Source of the DNA: Lama guanicoe
Lineage: Eukaryota
Assembly (NCBI GenBank): GCA_013239625.1
Contig: MU056050.1
Span: 2,776,084-2,840,083, forward strand
Length of the DNA stretch: 64,000 nt
Direction of reading: 5' to 3'
Shown: in pieces, positions 51,939 to 64,000 of the stretch
How the letters are laid out: each line of letters starts with the position of its first letter
Numbering within the stretch: the first letter of the stretch is position 1
Position numbers and translations under genes: made by a program
Notes under the pieces: model-generated
Told to the model about the DNA's origin: nothing
What the model saw: the letters and a program-made list of their open reading frames with translations, nothing else
Databases searched by the model: none

Positions 51939-52615
51939 AAAATAAAATGAAATACTACTCAGCCATAAAAAAGAATGAAATAATGCCATTTGCAGCAACA
52001 TGGATGGACCTAGAGATTATCATACTAAGTGAAGTAAGTTAGACAGAGAAAAACAAGTATCACATGATATCACTTACATGTGGAATCTAAAAAAAATGAT
52101 ACAAATAAACTCATTTACCAAACAGAAATAGACTCACAGACATAGAAAACAAATTTATGGTTACCAAAGGGGAAAGGGGCAAGGTCAGGATAAATTAGGA
52201 GTTTGGGATTAGCAGATACAAACTACTACATATAAAATAGATAAACAACAAGATCCTATGGTGTAGCATAGGGAACTATATTCAATACCTTGTAATAACC
52301 TATAATGAAAAAGAATATACATACACACACACACACACACATATATATGACTGAATCACTATACTGTATACCAAAAACTAATGTAACATTGTAAATGAAC
52401 TATACTTCAATTAAGAAAAAGTCTTTTAAAAATATTATGGGGCTTTAGATGTTTATAAATACTCTGCCAATACACTAGTTGATCATTAAACTAATGGAAC
52501 ATAGACTTCCGTGGCCACGTATGATAAAGAACAGAAATTTTACAAAAATACTTTGGAAAAGTAACTAAAATGACAATAACCCAAAACAAGCAGCAACAAC
52601 AAATAAAACAAACAA
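50500..52615 (+). mobile_element. Old L1 5'UTR region split by a younger L1 3' end (51294-52417)
   Basis: Inverted homology to 34330-35320; the inner L1 is flanked by aaagtctttt at 51284-93 and 52418-27. Confidence 0.75.
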
Positions 52616-52616
52616 A

Positions 52617-55600
52617 AGTTGAGTTATTTTTTGTATATGGGCTGAGTTAATAGTCTATCTTCATCCTTTTACATGTGGATATCCCGTTATCTGAGAACCA
52701 TTTGTTGAAGAGACTATTCCTTTCCCATTGAATGGTTTTCACGTCCTTGTCAAAAATCAATTGACCATACATGACGGATTTATTTCTGGACTCTCAATTG
52801 TATCCCACTGATATGCATGTCTATCTTTATGGCAGTATCACTCTGTTTTGATACTCTAACCTTCTAAGTTTTGAAATCAAGAAGTGTGACTCCTACAACT
52901 TTTTTCCTTCTTTTTAAAGATTATTTTGGCTATTAGGGTCTCTTGCAATTCAATGTTAATTTTAGGATCAGCTTTTACATTTCAGCCAAAAAGACTTGGG
53001 ATTTTAATGGAGATTGCACTGATTCTGTATATCACTTTGGAGAGTACTGCCATCTTAACAAAATGACATCTTCCAATTCATGGATGTGAGATGTCTTTCC
53101 ATTCATTTAGGTTTTCTTCATGTTCAGCAATGCTTTGTAGTTTTCAGTGTATAAGTCTTGTACCTGTTTGGTTAAATTTATTCCTAAGTATTTTATTCTT
53201 TTGATGCTATTGAAAGTGAAATTATTTTCTTAATTTTCTGGAAATGGAATTATTCATTGCTAGTGTACAGTGATACCACTGCTTTTTGCATGTTGATCCT
53301 GTATCCTGCCACTGTACTGAGTTTGTTCATTAGTTTTAGTAACTTTCTTGTGGATTCTTTAGGAATTTCTGTATATAGGATCATGTCCTCTATAAACAGA
53401 AACAGTTTCACTTATTCCTTTCCAATTTGGATGTCTTTGCTTTTTCTTCCCTGATTGCTTGGACTAGAAGTTCCAGGACAATGTTGAATAGCAATGGTAA
53501 AAGTGGCATTCTTATCTGTTCCAGATATTAGTGGGGAAGTTCTGAGTCTTTGATCATTGAATATAGTGTTAGCTGTTGGTTTTTCATAAATGCCCTTTAT
53601 CAGGTTGAGGATATCCCTTTCTATTTTGTGTTTAAAGTTTTTTTTTTTTCCTCATGAAAATGTGTTGCATTTTTTCAGAAGTTTTTTGTTTTGTTTTGTT
53701 TTTGGTATCTATTAGATGATCATGTGGGTGTTTTTTCCTTCATTCTAGTAATATAATGTATTTCATGACTGATTTTCATTTATTGAACCAGCCTTGTTTT
53801 CCTAAGATAAATCCCATTTGGTCATGTTTTATAATTCTTTTAACATGCTGCTGGATTCCATTTGCTAGTATTTGGCTGAGAAGTTTTACATCTGTATTCA
53901 TAAGGGATATCGGTCTATAGTTTTCTATTCTTGTGATGTCTTTGGCTTTGGTAACAATATTAGTGTCATATGAGTTAGAAAGTATTCCCTCCTCTTTTAT
54001 GTTTAGAAGAGTCTAAGAAAGATTCCTGCTAATTCCTCTTTAAATGGTAGAATTCACCAGGGAAGCTCTTTGGTTCTGGCCTTTTCTGTGTTGGTAGGTT
54101 TTTGGTTTCTTATTCAATCTCTGTACTTCTTATAGGTCTGTTCAAATTTTCTATTCTTGAATTTGTTTTGGTAGTTTGTGTGTTTCTAGGAATTTGTCCA
54201 TTTCATCTAGGTTTCTAATTTGTTGGCATATAATTGTTCATAGCTATTCTCTTATAATACTTTTTATTTCTATAAGGTCAGTGGTAAATGTCCCAAACTC
54301 ATTCCAGATTTTAGTTATTTGAATCTTTCTTTTTTTCTTGAACAATCTATTTAAAAGTTTGTCAATTTCATTGATCCTTCCAAAGAACCAACTTTTTGTT
54401 TCATTTGTTTTTTTCTATTTTTCCCTCTTCCTTCTCTATTTTGTTTACCTCCATTCTAATTTTTATTTCCTTTCTTTTTCTTGCTTTGGGTTTAACTTTC
54501 TCTCCTTTTTCTAATTCCTTAAGGTGGGCTAGTTAGGTTATTCATTTGATATGTTTCTTTTTTTTACTGTAGGCATTTGTAGCTATAAATTTCCCTCTGA
54601 GCACTACTTTCACTGAATCCCATTAGTTTTGGTGTGTTGTATTTCTGTTTTCATTAATATCAATATATTTTCTAATTTCCCTTGTGATTTTTTTTCTTTG
54701 ACCCAATGGTTATTTAGTAGTATTATCTGATTTTCACATATGTGTATATTTTGCAAATTTCCTCTGTTACTTATTTCCAATTTCATTCCATTGTGGTCAG
54801 AATACATAGTATGATTTCAATCTTTATAAATATATTGAGACTTGTTTTGTGGCCTGACAAATGGTTTATACTGGAGAATCTTTTATGTGCACTTGAGAAG
54901 AATATGTAGTGTGCTGTTTTGGGGTTGACTGTTCTATAGATGTTTGTTAGTTCTGCTTGGTTTATAGTGTTGTTTGAGTCTTATATTTCTTTCCTGAGCT
55001 TTGATCAAGTCTTTCTATCAATATTTGAAATTGGGGTATTGAAGTCTCCAACTACAGTAGTTGGAGACTACAACTGTATTACAACTGTATTACTACCTCT
55101 ACCATCCCTCAGTTCTGTCTACTTTTGGCATGTATTTTGGGACTGTGTTGTTAGGTGCATATATAAGGTGTACATATATTTATAATTGGCATAGCTTCTT
55201 GATGGATTGACCCTTTTTAAATATTATATAATATCATCTTTTTTAACCTTAACAATTTTTGTCTTAAGGTCTACTTTGATTATTTGGAGAGCCACTTTAG
55301 GTCTCAATTAGTTACTGTTTGCATGGAATAGTCTTTTCTATCTTTTTACTTGTAACCAATTCACGTCTTTGAATCTAAAATTAATATCTTGTAGACAACA
55401 TACATTTGGATATTTAAAAAAAATTATCCATTCTGCCAGTCTCTGCCTGTTAACTGCAGTTAAATCTATTTGCATTTAATATAATTACTTGTAAGGAAGG
55501 ACTGCTAACATTTTGCTATTTGTTTTCTAATGTCTTATATCTTCCCCCTCATTCCTCCATTGCTGCCTTCTTTTGTTTCACTGATTTCTTCTGTGTGTGT

Positions 55601-55985
55601 GTGTGTAGTGTACCATTTTGATTTCCTTCTCATTTCCTTTTCTGTGTGTTTTTTTAGTTATTTTCTTAGTAGTTGTTCTGGGGATTACAATTAACATATT
55701 CACTTATAGCAGTATATTTTGGATTAATACATACTTAATTTCAACAGTATACAAAATCTTTATTCCTATATAGCTCCACCCCTTATGTTGTTATTGCCAC
55801 AAATTACATTTTTATACACTGTGTGCCAATGAAGACAGATCCGTATTGTTTTATGCAGTCATCTTTTAAATCCTATATAAGAGGAGTCACAAAATTGTAC
55901 CTATGTAATTACCTTTAACGTGTGCTTTATTTCTTTGTGTGGATCTCAGTTACCACTGAAGAATTCCTTTAGCATTTCTTGTAGG
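52617..55985 (-). mobile_element. Old L1 ORF2/inter-ORF segment, antisense
   Basis: Minus-strand peptide MYSDHNGMKLEISNR (endonuclease end); aaccatttgttgaagagactattcctttccccattg. Confidence 0.88.
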
Positions 55986-56379
55986 GAAAACCCGATCTCA
56001 AGTGGAGCATTTAGTCTAAAAGAAGAAGAGAGACATCCTGTGAGGCAGAGTTGATCAGGTAAACATGAGAGTGAATGTATAGGGAGAGTTCAGGGAATTC
56101 GTTGCTCAATCACTGGATTTTCTTGATGTCAGGGATTCTAAGTTCACCTGTTCAGGATGCCAACGGAAGTGTGCAGAGTGGGACTGACTGTTTTGAAGGT
56201 ATTAAGTCGTATCTGAGAACTATGGAAGATTGAACTGAGATGAAGGTAGAACTGCACTCACCTATGCATCTCCCCCAAGTTAGGAATTCTTTCCACCATG
56301 CTGGAAAGAAGTTCTTAGAAACGGCTTCCCAAGTTCTTAGAAACGGTAAAGCCTCTAGAGGATCGCTGCAGTACCCAGC

Positions 56380-58337
<1,958 letters not shown>

Positions 58338-58347
58338 TTTCAGGAAG

Positions 58348-58657
58348 GTAAGTAAGAGTGGAAACACTCCAAAGTAAAACCAATTTCCTAAGACCACCAC
58401 CACTCCTTCTGATCAAAAAGTAACTCATTTATTTCACGGATAATTTGAAACCAAAATTATGATATAGAAAATTAAATAAAATAATTCATTATCCCATTAC
58501 CCAAAATAACAACTTTTTATCATCATGGGTACATATGCACACATAAATACATATGTATTTGTGTTCTTTTTTTTCATTCTTGAACAAAGAGGGACTGCTC
58601 TTGAGTATCACACTTAACTCTTTAAGGAATTTCTCCTAATTGCATTTATGTTTGCAG
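58348..58657 (+). other. Predicted 3'UTR intron (310 nt)
   Basis: Donor AAG|GTAAGT at 58348, branch-like cctaat at 58635-40, acceptor tttatgtttgcag|G ending 58657. Confidence 0.6.
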
Positions 58658-59009
58658 GTGATCAATTGTGGATGGCTAATGCTGATTGATTGACACGCTG
58701 GAGAAGCTGAAGTCATGAAGACTTTTTTTTCTTTTTCACTCCTTTCTGTTTTCACTGTTTTCACTCTGTTTTCTTATTAACCTTCTTTTCCTGAAAATGC
58801 CATGTCTTTGGCTGGGAACAGCCATGTGTTTAGAGTTGAATTTTAGGAGCACTACTTTTTGTTGAAAATGCTATTATTCCTTTGTAAACTACTGCAGTAT
58901 TCATGTTTGCTTTTTTTGTTTGTGTTTTAAGTTTCATAGGTGAGGGTCTGTTTTTATGTCTCTGAACCTCATGGAATTTGCCTGTTGCTGAAGAATCTGA
59001 ACCTATCGC

Positions 59010-59015
59010 ATTAAA
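59010..59015 (+). terminator. Candidate polyadenylation signal ATTAAA
   Basis: First AATAAA/ATTAAA noticed after the predicted last-exon acceptor; alternatives are AATAAA at 58475 and 59476. Confidence 0.4.
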
Positions 59016-61114
59016 AGATCTCCCAAGAGTCTAAAGAAATAACTCCCCATTTCTGACTGGCCTGCATCTCAGTGAGAACCCCCCTCCCACCCCCACTGGC
59101 TAGAGCCAAGCAGAGTGAGAAATTAGGGAAGAAGAGATGCTTTGGCACTCAAGGGGATAAGGGGGGCAAAATAGTTTTGTTAGGATTTAGCTTCTACGTT
59201 GGGACGAGGAATTAATTCGTAAGAGTTGAGGGTTTCAATGTTAAATTGTATACGTGATAGCAAATTTCATGAATTTCACTTAATTCATTAAACAAATAGT
59301 TATTATTGAGTATGTGTTATAAACTAGACTTATATGTTAATATCTGGTGCACACATTATAAGCTGACTTGGTGAGTTTGGTTAGATAACAGGAAAGAGCC
59401 TAATTTGGGATACAAATTATATCGAGTAACTTCTTTGCCCTGCATATAGTGTGGCCTTTGGGTAAACTCAATTGAAATAAAATCCAGATATTTCTGCAGT
59501 TCAGCAGGTAACATCAAAAAGATTTTCATGAAAGGACTTGATTGCCCAACTGTTCATCTCGTTGGTCCCAGTAGACAAATGACTACTGGCAAAGATCGAG
59601 AAGGTGGCCTCACAAAAGTACAGGCTTTTCTGATACTCTCCTGATTTCCTCCCTTGTGAGGGACAGCTAGTTTCCTGGTTGCCTGAAAGACCACTGGGTG
59701 AAGGACAGTGCTTGAGGGAATGTTGGCTACACACTAGAGCCTTCAGCTTCAGTCTGCCACCGTCCTAAGTCCCTTTCCAGTCAAGAGTGGGTGAAGAACA
59801 AAATGGATTCCAAGAACAGATATTGTGCTATGGGTGGCGCTTCTCTTTTGAGGACTATTGGATTAAAAATAGAACTGGACTGGAACAAGCACTATTGACA
59901 ATGCCCCTGGGCTCTTCTCTTCCATTTGGTGTGTTCTTTGCCAGCTTCTCAGAGGCAAGTGGAGCCCAGGGGGTTGAAAGTTAGATCAGCCTCCAGTCTG
60001 AACAAATGGTGTCCTTCAGTTCCCCCAGGAGATCCCAGCTCAGCAAGCTCCACCTTTGTCAGAGGTTTTCTGATTCTTACTGGTAATAAAGTGTGCACTT
60101 TCCTGCTGTGTCTCCTGTGTAGTGTGTGTCTGGGGGCAGGTTTGCTCAGAAGCGGCAGTTTAAATCTGCCTCTTCCCTCCATCCCTCTGAGGTGAAGGAA
60201 AGGCCAACCTCATTCAGTACTGAAGGACCTCACCTCATCCTGCAAGTTACACAAGAACGGGAGGGCGGAGGGTATTCTACAGGGTCTTCACTCCACTGTG
60301 ATTGTCCCCGCTCCCCTCACTGTCCAAGTCCACATGGTCCCTTGAAGGCGGGCATCTCGGCTACTCCTGGGCCCGTGGGGCATAAGAGGTGAGGTGAGGA
60401 GGGGGCTTCTGCCTAGGCTGGGAGCCCTTCTGCCTGGTGTCCAGCCTCCCTACGTGCACCAAGAAGCCATTTCCCTGAGGCCCTGCCTCCCAGAGGTCCC
60501 TCGGACAGAAATTTCTCTCCTGCCTTTCTGCCCTGCAAGGCACTGTCCCCTCCCTCCTATGTAGAATTCCATCAAGGTTCTCAGGATTCTGGCTACCTGC
60601 CTGGTATAGAGACCAGGATGGGGCAGAGAACAGAAGCGATCCTGCCCCACCAGCATTCCCTCTTCCCTCAGAGTCCTAATTATGGGGAAGCCTTGGCTAC
60701 TTGGGAGGGCACTGGGGAGGAAGGGGACCTTCGGGGACATCAACCCAAAGCTGGGTGTTCTGGGTTGGAGGCTGGTTTTGCAATACTCTTGTGTGCGCTG
60801 TTAGCTCCCTGGAAGTCTGGGAGGATGGGACACAGATGAGACTTGGGAATTTTCTAGCATAATCCATTTTGATGTACCTGCAGGTCATTTTAGATCTCAC
60901 TACATTTGCTTCATTTATGGTTTCAATGGACTCTGCTGCTTATTGACATGCCTTTAGATCTGCATGAAAGCAGACTCACCCTCTGCATAGCTTTTATATA
61001 GTTTAATATGATTATAATCTTTCATGGCTGACTTTTTCCCAAAGCAACCTGAATCACTGAGGCTGTCAAATCACCACTTTCTTCTGGGTTGGGTACACAC
61101 AAGAAAAGGCAAGA

Positions 61115-61530
61115 GGTTTCTGAGGCAAGAATCTGGGTTTTGGAGTTAGACCTGAGTTCAGATACTTGCTCTGCTATTCACTAGCTGTGTGAACGTAAAC
61201 AAGTTACTGAACTTCTCTGAGCCCCAGTGAGTGGTTGTTCCCTTTCCCTACCCTCAGGGTTCTGCTCTGGATGCTGTAGTAATGAGTATAATGGATTATT
61301 AATGACGGTAAGTGTTACCATTTAGTGCTTACCTTGTGCTACACACTCTAAGCATGTTACCCCTTTTGGTGACTATAAGGTATAGTAGGCACCTCTATTA
61401 ATAGTTTTTCAAAGTGGATATTATTACCCCCATTTTACAGATGTGGTAACTTAATACCCAAATTTGGGAATTGGCGAAGTTTGGCTTCAAAATGAAATTT
61501 TGCTGATTCTAATGTCTGTGCTCTTTCCGT
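61115..61530. mobile_element. Two MIR fragments in opposite orientation
   Basis: Plus: ttggagttagacctgagttcag...ctagctgtgtga...aagttactgaacttctctgagcc; minus: attacccccattttacagatgtggtaac. Confidence 0.75.
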
Positions 61531-64000
61531 TATTATGACTGCCTTAACTTTTCACCTTTACTAAGTAATATATGTTGCATATTAACGTGGATCATCAATG
61601 CCGAAACCCAATGAAATGACTGTAATGGAGAGACTTTGAGGCATAATGGCAGTCTGGAGGTCAGGGAGCTGTTGTTTTAAAATTTCTCAAGCTTCGGGAT
61701 AGGTGACCACCTAGGCTGCCAGTAAGGAGGACCACTTGTTATCCCAGGACTACAGAAAAAAAAAAAAAAAAGAAGTGGTAACTTAGGCAATGGGAGTGAC
61801 TTGTATTTGATTCAGCAGACTGGCTTTAGGAAAAGGTCATAGAGCCGAGTTCAATACTAATAAGATAGAGCCCATCTTGATTGCTTATTTACAGTCTGTG
61901 TAAATTACTCAGTTATGTTTTAAGCAGATAAGGTGCCAACTGTAACAGTCCAGTAGATATACATATATACTTTTCAGTGAGGAAGTAGGGGAAAAGGAGA
62001 CTTCAAGAGCTTCAGACTCATGTTGCAAACTGGGTAATGGAAACGATATTTTTAAAATCATGGTATGAAATCTATGAAAAAGTAGCAAAGAAATACATAA
62101 TTTCCTTATCGCAGGCTTTGTAAAGTCCCAGCACGGAATAGGAGCAGATTCTTATTATGTGGTGCAACCACTGTGCCTAGCACTCTTGAGTGGTTTCCTC
62201 GCTTCTAGCATGTGAGAGAGTGAGTGCATCCATTGGCACTAAGCCTCACATAAACTTAAAGATGCTGAACAGCCCAGGCCTGTGACCTTATGAGGTTGCT
62301 GTTGAACAGATTTTCTCATTGACTATGTTCTTCAATACTTAAGACAAGTGTTCAGGACCACAATGAAATAGGCCTAGGAAGTGCTGCTGCACTGGGTAGC
62401 AGTTCCTTGAGTACGACTCCCTGTTTGATTTACTGCTGGAAGCACTCTGTTCAGTGGACCTCAGAATCCCTCCAGTAGGTCAGATCCTAGCCCATCTAGC
62501 CCAATTTCTCTGGGGCATAAAGCAATTGTAGAAAAGCGTCATAGCCTCCCCGGTGTCAATTTTAGAGGTAAGAAATGCCAGTTGGAATCTCTAGCTTCTT
62601 ATTACTTCACAGATCAAGCAAAGAGCATACATGGAAAGAAGGCTTCCTATGCGCTGGGCACTGTGTTAGACTCTGTGGAAGTGATCATTATTGCCCTCAA
62701 TGCTCTCCTGTTTTGCTAGAAGAAATAAAACCACTATACACCATACACCAGTTATCAACCTTTTCTTCAATTGTTCCATCATATTTTCTGGCCTGTAGAT
62801 GTCAGTTTTTGAAGGACTCTGTATCAGACAGCTTTATTTAATAAATGATTATCTTCTTACTTAAAATTAAGAAAGCCTGTGTATCTATAAAGTTTCCTGA
62901 CACAAAGTTGATGTAATTTAGCTAAGAGCAGTCACTTGCCATTTAAATTTAGGATTTTTGTGAGGAGTCGATAAATATTTTTATTTTTAAAATTATTACT
63001 GTTACTATTATTATTACTATATGCAGCCTAATCACAGGCAGATGGACCATTTTCCTAGGCTCTTTGTAATACCGACAATACCTCAGAATACATCATCACT
63101 GCCTTCTTAAACTTCTATGAACTTTGGGAGCACAATTTAGGAACAAGTTCTGTAGAAAGCTGGTAGTTTTAATACATGTTAAATACCAGTATGTGCTAAA
63201 GGATTTTAGAGCACTCCAAGTTCAGTATGAACCGTTTTGGTTTGCAAAGCTTCCATGAGAGCCAGATGGTTTCACATTGTGCCCCAACTTGACAAAAAAA
63301 GTTGCTAAAAAAGTTGACATTGTTTTACTTCAAAATAATATGCAGTGTTACAGGTTCACTTGTGACATTCTCCAGCTTTTTGTTTTTTATGTTTATATCT
63401 ACTATTTTAGGTTTTATTCTTCATTCTGCACTACATTACAAAAATAATCACACACAGGGCAGAAACTCATGATTACTTTTGTGGTAGGCAGCATTAAACC
63501 ATACTCCAGTGTTTATAAAATGATGACAAAGAGCTCTCTGAGGGTTTTGTCTGTAAGTAAAAGTTTTGGGATATTTAATCCCATTTATTTTTTGTTTGAT
63601 ATATATTGACTTTGATCATTTCAGTGAGCCATTTTTGGTTCCAAGAAAGAAAAAGATTGAGCAAGTATTGAAAATTTCATGCCTTTACCAGTACAATTCC
63701 TGATATTGTCCAGACAGTTTTGAAACTTCAGAACATATATGACCTGCTTTGTAAAAGACTCATACTATTGAACTCCCTGATGATCAATGTTTCTAGCATT
63801 TTTTCATGAAATATTTATTACTGAGAAGGAAAAGAAAAATAATGCCAATGTTGCTGTAACTATAAAATGCATTTAGAAATCCACCATTAGCTATTTTGCT
63901 TGCTGGGTTATAATATTTCATTTGTATCTACAAAGCTGCTTAGGGAAACATTTATATAGTCCATTTCATTCCATTCCTTTCCCAAATTTTGGTGTTGTGT

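Overview
Mammalian genomic DNA: AT-rich, CpG-depleted and dominated by interspersed repeats. It is most likely camelid, because it carries three tRNA-derived Vic-1-type SINEs and no Alu or Bov-A/tA elements were recognised. It is probably X-linked, given the TEX13 gene and the high L1 density. The only credible protein-coding gene is a TEX13-family member, best matching TEX13D (56718-58337, +, 539 aa, single coding exon). The protein has a TEX13 N-terminal/coiled-coil domain, a Pro-rich region, eight 21-aa tandem repeats and a C-terminal RanBP2-type zinc finger. The gene has a CpG-island promoter and a predicted 3'UTR intron starting 10 nt after the stop. The rest is a layered record of transposons: young and old L1, L2, MIR, a CR1/L3 ORF1 esterase relic, hAT/Tigger DNA elements and solo LTRs, with many nested insertions whose target-site duplications (TSDs) are still visible. 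I found no convincing wholly new biological system. The most interesting items are the TEX13 gene's architecture and regulation and several atypical retrotransposition structures. Repeat family names come from recall of consensus sequences, not from a database search.
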